In this document: one piece after another, positions 38,992 through 52,386 of the stretch
How the letters are laid out: each line of letters starts with the position of its first letter
How positions within the stretch are numbered: the stretch's first letter is position 1
Source of the DNA: Geosiphon pyriformis uo1
Taxonomy: Eukaryota > Fungi > Glomeromycota
Length of the DNA stretch: 64,000 bases
Direction of reading: 5' to 3'
Assembly: GCA_016748015.1 (NCBI GenBank)
Contig: JAAOMT010000109.1
Location: 207,820-271,819, forward strand
The notes under the pieces: model-generated
What the model was told of the DNA's origin: nothing
The model's database searches: none
What the model saw: the letters and a program-made list of their open reading frames with translations, nothing else
Translations under genes and position numbers: made by a program

Positions 38992-40461
38992 TTAAAATAA
39001 ATAAATTAAATCAATCAATGAATTAATCAATACAAAATTACTTTTAGACAAATCGATCATTTGCAAAGTTAAAAGACGACTTGTATAAACAATGCTCGTT
39101 GGCGTTGTTGTTTCCAAGTCTTTCTTCAACATTTCTTTTACGTATTTATCTGATTCTAAAAGCTCGAAATCTAATGTCCCAAGTCTCCCCAACTTCTTTT
39201 TAACTTCTTCTGCAATAGGACGCTTTAATGGCTTAACATCCTAACAATTTTCAATGAGTTCAGCAATTGAAGGTGGAATAAGTGGGGAGATAATATTATG
39301 TCTTTTACCATTTAAAATATCCATTATAAGGAAGTGATCATGTTCACGATCATGAAATGGAGGCATTCCTGTTGCTAATTCCCATAATAACAAGGCAAAA
39401 CTATAAATATCACCAGCCATTGTAAACTTTTCTCCTCTTAAAACTTCTGGTGGAATGTATGGAATCACTTCATATATCTTTTTTTCCGATATTGCTTTTC
39501 TTATTGTTGGGTCTGTTGTTGTTTTTGTTGTTTCATGGTTTATTGGTTGACATAATCCGAGGTCTCCAATTCTTGTGCTGAATACACTAGATTCATATTA
39601 TAAGCTGTTTCTTGAATGTAGGTCGCGATGAACCATACCAGAAGAATGAATTTGTGAAAGCCCAGCAGCTATTCTCCACGCGATCCATAATTTATCTTTC
39701 AAACTCGTAGAATGAAAATTCGTTGATAAATATTTTCGCATGTCTCCATGTTCAGCAAACTCCATCACAATTCCATACTCGAGTGTTTCAGCGTTTTGCG
39801 TAATCCCTAATATTGAAGAGACATTATATAAGGAACTCTCAATTGCCATAGCTCTATGAACATTTAACTATCAACACAGTGTAAAAAATAATTAAGTAAA
39901 TAGATAATAAATAGTAAATAAATAATAATTAAATATCAGTTAAATATAAATATAAATAATAATACTTTTTTTACCTCTTTAAACACTTCTGTGCTGGTCA
40001 TTTTTATAATTTTTATTGCTACTTTCTGCTCTCCCCATCTTTCATATTCCGTTGAAGCATGATATTTTAAATTACCTGTACGAATATTTCCATCAACCCA
40101 TGTTGCTTTATAAATTATACCAAACCCTCCTCTAGCAATTTCTTTTATATTCGACGAATCCTCCCATGGAATCCATTCATAGTAATTCAATCTACCATTA
40201 TATTCTATACTAACTTCATCTTGATCATTAGGTGGAATATAGATTGGATTCTTAATTATTTCATCAACTTCTTTATTGCCGCTTGAAAAGTCACGGTAAA
40301 GTTTTACAAAAAATATAAACTGGCATGCCACGCACTCATTTCTCTTATTGTTTTGAATGCTATCTTGACAGGATTCACACTTGTTGCAATCATGAGCCAC
40401 TGGATGAGTTTTTTAAAGATAGGATTTTGAGCGGGTTTTTTTTAGTTTGAAGATTCCCCAT
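38992..40461 (-). pseudogene. TKL-type protein kinase pseudogene
   Basis: IARGGFG, VAIK, HRDLHS, GDLGLCQP, PYIPPE, DIYSF. In-frame stops at 39598-39600 (TAA), 39241-39243 (TAG in place of W of CWD) and about 40414 (TAA), plus an apparent frameshift in an A8 run after the ATG at 40461. Confidence 0.85.
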
Positions 40462-41862
40462 AGTGAATAAAACGTGAATAGGCTATTATTCGAAGAGAGT
40501 TTTTTTAAAGCTTTATTTTGATAGTATGTTTAGAAAGTAATTTTAAATGGGGGAGTTCATATTTATGTTTTTTCTCTATATTCACATAGTTTAACAAATA
40601 AATTAATACCTTATCACTAGCATGAAAGTAAAATACTTATTTAAAGTTTCAACTGATGCATCAATTATTATTTTATCGAGTAGTTTAATGCCTAAGAAAT
40701 GATCAAGTTTTCGATTTAATTAATAAATAGATATCACATTGCTTAATCAATTTTAAATTCTTATTGATAGACTCTAATTAAAAACTTACTGTAGATGATG
40801 TGAGAGAAATTATATTATAAAAATATATATAATTAAAGCATACCGTCAAAATTATTTTCAAACTCGTATATCGTTGTTGATATGTCATAATGTTCAGAAT
40901 TTTTCAAGAAAAAATAATTTATTAATGATTTTAAATACTTTATAATGTAATAATCATCTTTTTAGGTTTTATTAAGTTTTTTTTTTATCCATTTTTAAAT
41001 AATAATATTTTGCTAAAAGTTTCAATTAATTTTGTTAAACTTTATCATATTTTATTTTCGAAACATTTAAATTTTTAACAAATTTCAATTACTATATAAA
41101 TCTTGGGAGTGTATCTATAATATTATATCTAATTATATTTAGTTTAAAAATTATGACAATAATAATAACAATTATAATAATAATAATATTATTATTATTA
41201 AAATTTTAATTGAAATAAAACAGAAAAGTTTGTAATTGTATATTTTTTTGTTAAAATAGTATTTAAATCAATTTTCAATTTAGTTTCTCTATAAATTCAG
41301 GATTAAATTATTTAGAGAGAATTACAATATTGAAAATTTTCATCATTCGATTTCTATCCTAATTTCCTCCAAACCACGATAATATGGAAAGACACAGCTT
41401 ACCATGCCAAAATAATAATTTTTTTTAAAACAATTGTATTTATGATGTCCAAAATTTTCATGTCAACTCTATCCGTCATGAATGGCAGAAATTTTTAGCA
41501 CAATTTTTTGATACACTTTTAGCGATTCAATAAAATCTAACTTTAATTTACTTCACCTTCAAAACTTTGTTAGTTTAGGTGAATGAACAAGTTAAATTCA
41601 AATCTACGGTGCAAAATCAAATTAGAGCCGAATTCAATATACAAAAATAAAGCTTTTGCATTTTGATTTGCGTATAGCATTCTCAATTATTTAACAAACT
41701 ATTTGACACTAAATTTGATCTCAATTTATTTTAATTTTGTGGGTTTGGCATTTGTAAATTTCAACTGGTTACTGCTTATTACTTAAAATTTTCAACATGT
41801 CGACCAAAAAAAGAAGACAAATGTCACTCAAGACGAAAATTTGCTTTTGAGACGATTGCAAT

Positions 41863-42776
41863 CTATAATCCGGCTAGACGAAGAACTTCATCTCTGTTAA
41901 TTGCAATAGATAACTGCACTTCCAAAGCTATTTCTAATGAATCTTTCAAGGAAATTTCAGTTTGGTATATTTTTTTCCATGTGAATCCTTGAATTTTCTT
42001 TGCAAGGTGTTCTCCAATCTCTTCAACAAATTCACTAAGCAACTCGCCAAAACCCAAGAAGTCCGGCCAATAAAGGTTTGAGATGTCGGCCAATGTGACA
42101 TCCCCTTCAACATCTTGTAGAGCGCCAGATTGAGAAAATAAGAGCTTAAACTTGAGTACATTGACGCTAGATGACGATTTAGGAATCTTGTATAGGTGTT
42201 TTTTGCAGATTTGTCGAAAAAGATTTTCAAATCGTGATATTAACACTGACAAATCCTCTGCTTTCGCTTGGTCACATATTTGAACATGATAAGGAATGAG
42301 ATAATAGTCATATTCCATAGCTAATTCTTTGCTGTTAATGTGATCTAAAAATCAACAAATTTTTAATTCTGACTTAAATATTGCAGGTACACAAACAAAT
42401 AACCATAAAACGAACCTACGGACGCATTTTCCAACCAAAAAGCTTTACCATTTCGGTAAAATTGCATTACATAATCAAAGTATTTTCCTGAGCGATCAAT
42501 GAAATACTCATTTAGATTCTCCGGCCTCAAATGGGAGCCATTTAGAAACATGCGTCCAAGCATTGTATCGGGATAAGCTGTCAATGTTGACAGATTCGTT
42601 TCATACTAAGATTTTATATTTCAGTTTAATGATGGATGTTTTGAAGTTGTTTTCAATTGCTATCCATTAAATTTATAGGCTGTTACCTTAACTCCACCAA
42701 CGTTTAAAATGACGCGGCCAGGAATGGGTAGAGGTCGCCTAATGCCTACCAAACAAGAATTCGAATAAAACGTCAT
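41863..42776 (-). CDS. KCTD-type (potassium channel tetramerisation T1) BTB domain protein
   Basis: Spliced RVILNVGGVK|YETNLSTLTAYPDTMLGRMF..EYFIDRSGKYFDYVMQFYRNG..E.DYYLIP. Three exons; ATG at 42776. Confidence 0.88.
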
Positions 42777-43965
42777 GATTAATTTGTCCAAAAGTATCTG
42801 CTTTATCTAAAGTTAGAAAATAGATACCAGGCATTTTAGAATATCATTTCGCCAACTATATTATATATCGGCTACTATTGATTTATTACACTATTATGAC
42901 GAATTGCTTTGGTCATTGGATCAAAAAGTCAGCAGTGAATTAAATCATTTAGGATTATATCGAAATTTAAGAGGCTCATTAAGCTTTCTGCTCATATAAC
43001 ACTTTTGATTTCAAATTCTGAAGAAATTTTAAGTGTTCTTTAAGGAACAATAAAGTATTGATCTTTACGAGAAAAAACACAATGGAGCTCCTGTCTTTAA
43101 AGATCAAATAAATCGATAAATTGGGTTCCAACCCTTTGATGATGTATCGGACAAAATCCGAAACAACCGAACACTAATCAAGGTTATTTATTCAAAAAAT
43201 CGGACAAAGAAAGCTTTTTAGTATAAACGTTGCTCAAATTTTCTCTTTGTAGGCATAAAGAAATGATTCAAATATAATTTTTGTTTCATCATTTAAAAAA
43301 CCATGCTATCTTAATAAAACCTAGAAAAGCTGCTATTTCGAAAGTTGAAGGAAATGGAAACCTTATTTTCAATAGAGTGAAGCTTTGGGAAAATTTGAAT
43401 CAAATACTATATGAAAAACAGGCTGCACATGATTATAAATTTGTATTCGAATAGCAAGAGCTTTTTCAATGTTGTTCGCTCATAATGCTTGTCAATAGAT
43501 TTTTTAAAAATAAATAAAGCCAAAATTTATTAACCAATTTGCATTGATTCCTCAGCCAAGAATACGCAAAAATTGAAAGACCCCACTATCAATAAAATAG
43601 TTGTTGCCTTAATTCAAGGCACACAGAAGGATCATGTGAGTTTTAGCAAAATTGTGTGATGGACAACAAAATGAAGATTGGGTTTGCCTGAACCTATACG
43701 AAAGGAGTTTGTTTAAAACTAAAAAAAAGGTACTATTACGCAGATCGGGTTTTTCGCAAAAATAGCACATCTTTTAAGATACGTTCATCTAGAAAAACTT
43801 GAATTTTGAGGAACTTGTTGGTATTGACTAGATATGAGATATCTAGGTTTCCAAGGAGCAATTGGTAGTTGTACATACAAAACGTTTCAACAACCTAACT
43901 TTCTTTTGATCACCCATTAATCGAGATGCAAGTAAAATTGAGGAAAAGCTAATTTTGTTAAGATG

Positions 43966-44540
43966 TTAATCCTTCGGCAAGAAATGAACCCATAGAAAGA
44001 GCAAAAATATCACTAAATGAGAAACCATTTTATTCGGTAAGATCAACATTCCTAGGCTTTTACATACATTTTGAAGTAGAGCGAATCCTTCATTTTCCAA
44101 ATCAATATCTTCTTCAAGTAGCATCGGTGCTTGCGTGATTCTTTGCCAAAATCGTTTTCCCACCTGAACATGCCAAATTAGGTGTTAATGGTTAATTTAT
44201 AATGATTTTCAAATACATGTAACAAGAATTAACCTGTGTGATGTCACAAATGAGCCAAATTAGTACCACACCAAGAAGTATTGAATGATAGATTTCAAAA
44301 AAGACAATAGGTGCTGGTTGACCAGCAAATGGGTTCTTCAAGCTATATGCTAGAATTTGGTGGGTAAGATAAAAAGAAAAATACATTTTGAAAAGGAAAA
44401 AGCGTTTAACATGGGATTTTTTGGATATCCGGATTCAACCATAAATAGACTGATTAGTCGTGAGATAAAAATCAATGAAATATGTAAAGTGGAATTAGCG
44501 AACCCAATGTGGCGAAATACGATTGATTAGACTCCTCATT
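43966..44540 (-). CDS. Possible fragmentary small-exon gene encoding a hydrophobic segment
   Basis: Short ORFs bounded by AG/GT (LKNPFAGQPAPIVFFEIYHSILLGVVLIWLICDITQ | VGKRFWQRITQAPMLLEEDIDLENEG). A full gene model could not be built. Confidence 0.3.
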
Positions 44541-46006
44541 TTTCGATAATTTTAGCGTTCAGGATATCTTATGACAGCATTCTATTTATTCCCTTTTTTT
44601 CTTATATTTTATTTTTGTTGGATATTTTATACTAATAATTAATCTCATGCCTATCCCTTTGTCTAACTTATTTTGATAAAGTAGAAGGTTTCTATAAAGT
44701 GATTGACAATTTATTAAATCTACAATTTTCAGCATTTAAAATGAAGAATAGAGCATTTCAACCTCCAGAAAGAATTTTTAAATTCAAGATATAAACTTAA
44801 TCGTTCTAAAAAAAATTATAGGATAGAGGTCCATGCAGAAAAAATGAATCCAGAATCGCGGCGCAGCAATTTTAAAGTTGAATTTGAAATTTAGAGGGAA
44901 AGTGAAGGTTTCTCGGTCGTTCGAGTTTTTTGGCTGGATTCAGAGCTTTTTCCATATGAAGGTATTTTGTTGTAAACGCAATCAAGTTACTTCTTGAGGC
45001 TGCTGAGCCTACAAACATAAAGACCAATCTTTCATGAATTTATAAATTCAAATTATCATTGGGTCCTACAATTTGATTTTGGTTTCTCACGTATTACTGT
45101 TTTTCATTTCTCGTCGATATTTGGAACCCACTATCGGTCATAGAATTCTATGAAAGTTTTTTAAAGACTAAAAAATTATAACCAATCCTTCCAAAAATAT
45201 ATATTATAAATAATTTTTAATGTGTTTGAGAAACTGAAAGTGAGGAAATTCTTGTAAGAAAAAAATTTTAACAAGGTTACCCCCCGTTGATGGTCGATCT
45301 TTTTTAGATTTATTTCCATGATCATCGTTAGTTAAGTCGTTGTTAAAATTCCATCTTTCACGCCATTTGCTTCTCTGATATTAACCGAGCCTTGTGAAAT
45401 CCTGATTTTAAAATTAAATTTGACAGACAGGCCTCAAGATTATAACCATAAAGTGGTGTAATCCAAAATTAAAAGGTATACTTAATTTTTCTTGAGACAT
45501 ATAACTTATTCGATCATTAGTATTTCTCATTTCTCTCTAACAAATTCAACACATTAATCGGTGTCACTCGAGCCATGAAAATTATTTTATCCAAGTTCCT
45601 TTACACTGATCGATATCAATTTTATCCCCTGCTCTCAAAGTTTCAATCCACCTTTACAACGTCATCATGACACTAACTCGTCAATCTCTCAATTTATCTT
45701 CAAATTCATCCTCAACTCGAGCCCTGTCAATCCATGGAAAAAGTAATATCTTTAATTATTTTCTCTTGAGATTTTAACAATATTGTCGTTGGATTTTATT
45801 AACGCTTGAAGATTTTTTTTTTTGGAAATTCAAGGTAAATCATTGAATAAGCTGTCACCAATATCTTTTGATTGTTTATAAACTCCTTTGGAGAAAAAAA
45901 TACAATCGCAAAATTTGTCGGCCCTTCAAGATCTTTATGATGAGCTGGAAAACTATAAGAAATAACTGGTCAGAAAGTACCAATATACTGAACTGATTTC
46001 CAGCTC

Positions 46007-47494
46007 ATGGTTCGATCACATGATTACAACTATTCTACTTCTTGCATATACAATGATAGTCGGAAAATCTTCCAGTCATCAAACATGATACAGATCCTCT
46101 CTTATGGTCCATACAAGTTGCCGCTGTTTCGGGCCAACTATTCAACCAGATATATTCTAGCTCCAGATCATCCGTCCATAGATCGTCGAACTCCTCAACA
46201 CTCTTTCTATAAATCGAGGGAATCTACGTATAGATACCCCCCTTTAACTTATGGGCAATTCTCACATAACCGCATTTCATTCAACAATCAGACTCAAGAT
46301 TCTACTGCTTCTTACAATCAAATACACCAAACGAAATATAAAAATAATCAATCTCCCACTTACTACAATTCAATCGCTCAGCTTAAAGACTACCCAGCTC
46401 ATGAAATTTCACCACGTGAATCTAATAGCTCTGCTCCACAAACTCGAAAACAAACTTCTTATGAAGCGTTTCCAGCCCTCAAATTTTCATATATTCAAGC
46501 TGGTCGTGATTCAACTCTCCAATCTAATGATCAGTATACTCAATCCCATGCCCCTAATATTTCTTTGCATCATTCAAATACTGTGAATGCTCGCTCTCAA
46601 CTCCTTCGGGATCCACAAAGTGAATCGAGGTTTTCCCGTGATCAATCTCTAACAGCTGATGATAACTTTTGCTACTCAAAAAATTCACATTCAGAATTTC
46701 GGGAACCTTATCGATCATTATCTCGACCAACTTATTTGTTTGCACAGTTTCAAGCTTATTATAGGCCAAGAACAAATGCAGATTTTCCACAATATCAAGC
46801 TTTTCAAGAAGAATCTTATACACCAGATTTCTTAACTCGACCCCAAGCGTCTGATACTGTAATGCGGCAGTCGAACTTTTCTAAATATCAAAACCCTTAT
46901 CGTCCTACCAGTATTTCATCTCAAAGAGAAAGTGGGAGCCATCAATTAGCAAAATTTAACCCCCTGATTTCTGACTCAGCGTCCATAAAGGTTCTGGGAG
47001 CCAAAGATACAAACACGCAACCAAAATACGATTCATATAGTGCTTCAAGTGCTCGATTCACTCCAACTAACGTAAGCTATATCAAAGATATTGCTATTCA
47101 AAAGCCTATTTAAATTTCTAAAATTCGATTCTTTTCACATTCTGATAGTCTTCAACGTGCTCATCATCTGAAGACACGGCGCTGGGAGTAGAGAAAATCA
47201 ACCCATGTGGAAATCGATATGCCTACCTCGGCAATTCAAAAGCGCTCGGGGGGTGAGCAGTATTTTTGAGAGGCCCGCTTGGCGGAATGCAGATTTTGAC
47301 TTGCATTTTTCATATCTTCTCTTTTTTCTCATAATAGGGCCTTTTATTATAGAAACAAAAGTGGTAGTTTTTATTCTCAAAATCATGATGGTTCTGTCTT
47401 ATTTATCGATAAACATGGTACCGCGAAATATACCCCACCGGTAAAAAATCCGAGGCTTTTGGCGCGTGGAAAAGATAGGGAAAATTTCTATTGA
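46007..47494 (+). CDS. Ser/Gln/Tyr-rich low-complexity protein with a C-terminal GN.Y..YY.N..GS.Y..N.DGS..YTPP domain
   Basis: The 368-aa ORF splices in frame through introns 47072-47148 and 47253-47337 to NPCGNRYAY..GAFYYRNKSGSFYSQNHDGSVLFIDKHGTAKYTPP; stop at 47492-47494. The true start is uncertain, and upstream 45576-46000 looks like disrupted coding sequence. Confidence 0.6.
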
Positions 47495-47948
47495 AAACCA
47501 TATTCAACAGGCTCTCATTAGTCAAAATCTTTCAGTTCAAATAAGGAAACAGTAAAACCAAATTATCAATGACGTTCTTTGAGATTTTTTGATTTGTGGG
47601 CGAAATGTCGAAATTTCGATTTTTACATTTATGATTTGATAAAGGTTTTGAAGATGATATTGTAATTTTTGGGTGGTTCCTTGAAAACTTCTAAAGGTGA
47701 GTAGTTTTGCAAAACTAATCTTAATTTCTTAGAATCAATAAAAATTGAGGTAGAAACGTCCTTCGTTCAAGAAATTATACAAAATGGTACGAAGACCTGG
47801 GTATTATTTGAAAGAGTATGCTTCCCAGCCGGGAGAGATGCGTATCTGATATTAGTTTTAATCATTAAATCAAAAAATAGCCATGTTTATTTAATCATAT
47901 AATTGTTTGAAATCGTGGAATATGATGGGCAGCTGGAAAAAGAATTGA

Positions 47949-49304
47949 TCAAACCTTTACTTTCTCCAAAAGCTCAAATAGCAATTCATTAGCCATCATA
48001 TGATCCTTACATTCCGACCTCATTCTCTTGAATCCGTCAGACCGCCTCACGACCTCAAAATTATCAATAATATATTCAAAAACCACCTTTTTCAAATCAG
48101 GCCATTTCCAAGCTTCTGAAAAGAACAGTTTCGAAACATTCTCACAGTTCAACTCACTCGTAATACGATTTTTTGCTCGGTTACGAAGTTCATGTATTAG
48201 ATATTTGTCACTCACGGCCAAGATTTTGAGAGCGCTGGTCTCCGAATCTTCTTGACCAAATCTTATTTCGTTGGTATAAAGGAAATGAAGCATCGCAAAA
48301 AATGTTTCGTACTCAAAGTCTGGGACTTCGATTGGATATTTGATGTGAACATTTGTTGTGGAATCACTCATGGAGTTTGGGTGAACCAAAGCTTTGTGCG
48401 GAGAAAGTGGCTTTGGCTTCCTTACAATCGCAGAGAGTGAAAGCGTCGTTTCACGCCAATTGCCCTCGAACAATCTTCGAAAATATTCTGATCGTTGGGA
48501 AAGAATAATACTATTGGAGTAGATATATTGGTCTCGAACTGAGAACCGTACATCGCTGCAATGTTCATGGCCCAAAGATTCAGCCCAGGCGGTGATTAGG
48601 TCCCGTGGAATTAAGGGTCTTGGAAGTGGTGGTGTTATTTTCCCTCCATGCGCCGAAATCTGTCCAAAAATAACTCCAACGCACACTTGTTTTGGGATAT
48701 TGGCAAGGCTCAATGTAAAACCTGTGGCAGATAAGAACAAGTAAGAAATAAAATTGTTGGAATTTGATAAAATTCTAAGTTGCCTACCCCAGCCTGTTTG
48801 ACCTACTGAATATTCGACATGATCTAGTGTTTCTTCAAGAATCTTGGCATTGCTCCTTATTAAAAAGATAATTCAGTCAGTTCAAAAACGTTTATATGAA
48901 CTTTTTTGGTTTTCAATACTCACGAAATCTCCGTGACGTACAAAACAATTTGCAAATTACTTCTTTCACTCCAAACCCCTGCCGAATCCATTTCTTCTTG
49001 ATTTCTAACTGCATGAAGAAATACACCCCATTCACCCGAATCATCCATATTATCCTTGTTTTAAATTTTCAAGGAATATTCAATTATTCGTTCCAATTAA
49101 AAAATTGGCTTGAGCACATAAAAAATTTGGAAAAGAAACCTGCGCCCAAGTAAGTTGCCAAAACATATTGGGTGCACTGGAAAATGTTTGACTAAAATAT
49201 TCACGACTGCTATTCATCACTTCAAATTCAAATTTGGCTCTGCCATTTAGAGGAGCTGTAGTAGTAGTTGTATGTTTCGGGATGGCTGGATGATCCAAAT
49301 CCAT
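47949..49304 (-). CDS. MATH-like/BTB-POZ protein, paralog 3
   Basis: Exon 1 AKFEFEV..FSQTFSSAPNMFWQLTW; BTB SDVRFSVRDQYIYSNSIILSQRSEYF..MLHFLYT; SDKYLI..AWKWPDLK. Confidence 0.85.
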
Positions 49305-50837
49305 GAGCGAAGATTTTATGATAGACACGGGTCTAATATTCTCAACTTTTTGAAGCGAGTAAATAATTTTAACCATTACCAATTGAGCGGATAATAGCCT
49401 GAATAATGCATCTTTGTCATAATCATTTTATGACCAATTCTGTTTCACTTTGAAATGATTGGCATAGTGATGAAGCGCGTGATGTTTTAATGCCCATCAA
49501 AGCAACATTTTATCTTCAAGCCGAGCAGAACCGTATTGGGGGCTGTTTTATTAAAAAAATTATTCAGCTTGAAAATTCTTATTCAGGATTTCAACATTAA
49601 AGAAGTAAAATTAATTTCCTGGCTTCAAAATCAAGTTGAAGCTGAACGTCCCAATTTGGCAAAACTGAAACTTTCAATTTTTTAGGAAATTTACTCATTT
49701 TGCTACTTGGACTATCGAATTGGCCAGAAAGCTTTAGAATGACGTTTTGTGCTACGGACACTTGCCATTCTTTAATGTATCCAAGTATTTTAGTGCGAAA
49801 TTATTTAAATGGAGGATAAAGAATTTTTTGTGGAAATATTTGAATTCCTATAATAAACTTATCATTTCCTTTGTCACCCTAATTACCAAAGAAATGCAAT
49901 TTCAAAATATGGAGTGTCTCTGAAATGAAAGGAGGAATTAATTGAATATTAATTCTCAGAAATACAACAAAAATTTATAATTTTCGCAGGAAACCTAGTT
50001 GATCCTTAATTTATCATCGTTTCACTTTCACAAATTACTTCCCATACATCAATACAATCATTTCGATCTTCTGCTACACCGCCAGACGCAAGAAGAGCCA
50101 TAAAACCATATGAAGAGCTCCCCAAAATCAAAGAATTCCCCAAACATAGAGCCTTACCCCGACAACTAAATTAATAATTGGATCAGCTTATGTACTCCTC
50201 TAGAGTGTATCCTGGATTTTCCGAAATTTTTAAAGAGATGCAACAAAATTCCATAAGTGTAGGAGTAATACCCTTTTGGCCAGCAGCAATGTTTTGAGGG
50301 TTCAGCAATGAAATCCTGCTCATTTTGGAATGTAAGCCATTAGATTGATTGTCTGAATTTTGATTGGATAGGCTAGAGCATAGTCCCAAAACCAACGCAA
50401 TTATGTGCCACTGCAGCCAGTACAGGACTTTGCATCTTTTAGGAACATTCGATATTGAGGGTAAAAGAAATCAAAGTAAAACGGTTCACTAAAATCTACG
50501 ATCAATGCAAAGCTGAAATCTAAAAATACCAAATTCGAAAACTTTGGTGAAATGTATCGTATCAATTATTTTGAATTTTGAATGCTTGTTATTTCAGTTT
50601 AAGCAACTTAATCATTTTTTGGGGGGGGGGGGATATTGTAATATAGAATTTGTTTTAGAGGCATTTCAGTACCTTAGAAGATTTTCATAGGAATAAAATT
50701 GGTTATAAAAGCTAAACCTAATTTGAACCTATAACTGGAATGTTAATATAAAATAAATCAAAATATATATCCTCAATCTTTGTATTCTGGTTATTTGAAA
50801 CTAACGATCTCTTATGAAAAAGTCGTTTAGGAATTAT

Positions 50838-52386
50838 TCAGTTCATATCGTGATCTGGCTTCACTATCGTAACCTCCATAGTCCTAGAATTCTTCTCATT
50901 ATCACAAGGCACCAAGAAGCTCAATAGCTCAACCAAAATTTCACTACTCATAGGATACGATCTGGGATTACCTTCAACCTTCTTAAACCCCCCAGTTTTT
51001 CGAATTCTTGGAAAATTATCAACCACGTATTTCATTACAAATTCTTTGATATCAGGCCATTTCCATGCAGATGAGAACAATATTTCGGCAGCGTTATTAG
51101 GGTTCAACTCGTGAAATATTTTGACCTTGGCTCTTTCTCTCAACTCGGTCACAATATATTTATCAGCAATTGCAAAAAGCTAAACACAAGAACGTAACAT
51201 TAATTTTTCTCATTTAATAATTTGAAGCAGTTTCTAATTTAATCGCAGGAAAAACTTACATCGAAGGCAGTCTGATGTGAATCTTTTCGCTTTGAAAAAG
51301 TGACCTGGTCGGTATAAAGAAAGCGTAGCATTTCCAAGAAAGTCTGATGAAAAAAATCTGAAATATCTATCATATACCGAAATTGCCGTTCAGATTGTGC
51401 TGCATTGCCACTAGTTAGTTCGCCAGATATACTATTAGCGCGTGATTTAGTTTTCTCGCTCGAAGAAGTTGAAGTCACAGTTGAATCACTTGAATCACGC
51501 GTATGCCTTGTTGGCACCTGACGATTCGGTGGTTTTTTGAACTTTTTTGTTTCCGCCCATACACCTTCAAACATTTTTCGAAAGTATTCGGAACGACGTG
51601 ACAGAATTCCACTATTAGCATAAATGATCCGGCCCTTCACGTTAAACTGAACATCCGCAGTTTCAGGATTGTTTAGTTGTTCACCCCATGCATCTGCAAG
51701 ATCTTTTGCAGCTGGTCGCCCAGGTAAAGTCACGGAATGTGCAACTGTACCGACATCTGCAACCTCAAAGTCTACACCGAATATAAGCTCACCATGAATT
51801 GGAAGTTCAGAACTATGACAAAAGTCTTTCCAGCCTTCAGACCCGTAGAAAAGAAGGTAAGATTTCAAGAGAAAATTTAATCACAATATAAGATTTTTAT
51901 TATAAAGTTTCCAGCAGCCCAGAATCGTCCGAAAAAAATCCTACCGAAACCACGTCGAGTAGCTGAAAACCCATTCAATTCAGCTTTTCCAACATCAATT
52001 TTCTTATTCGTTTTAGGATCTTTTAAGAATATAGTGGCGCCGTACATCTCTCGAGTTTTCCAGATCCCTGTTGTATTCTCTTCTTCCGGATTAGGTATTG
52101 CACGAAGACCAAGCGAGCAGAATTGTGGATGGTCTGGTGTTGACTAAGGAAACCAAATTAAATTAAAATTACTTATGAAGTACTAGACAAAAAATACATC
52201 ATTAATCTAATGATCAAGAATCTAATCGTCATGTTTAAATTTTAATGTTCAAATTACCGGATTAAACACCAACTGCCAGAACATTTCGTTAGAAGTCGCA
52301 AATGGTGGACTGTACACATCACCAGCTAATTTTAGAACATTGTATATACGAAACTCAAAGGCTGCTTTACATTTTAAATCCGTCAT
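50838..52386 (-). CDS. MATH-like/BTB-POZ protein, paralog 4
   Basis: Exon 1 MTDLKCKAAFEFRIYNV..YSPPFATSNEMFWQLVFNP; GWKDFC; BTB ADVQFNVKGRIIYANSGILSRRSEYF..MLRFLYTD; ADKYIV..AWKWPDIK. Confidence 0.88.

Noticed and set aside
50030-50480. 70-aa ORF 50183-50395 and surrounding GC-richer DNA
   Set aside because: No ATG start or motifs; more likely UTR or intergenic sequence between two BTB genes.
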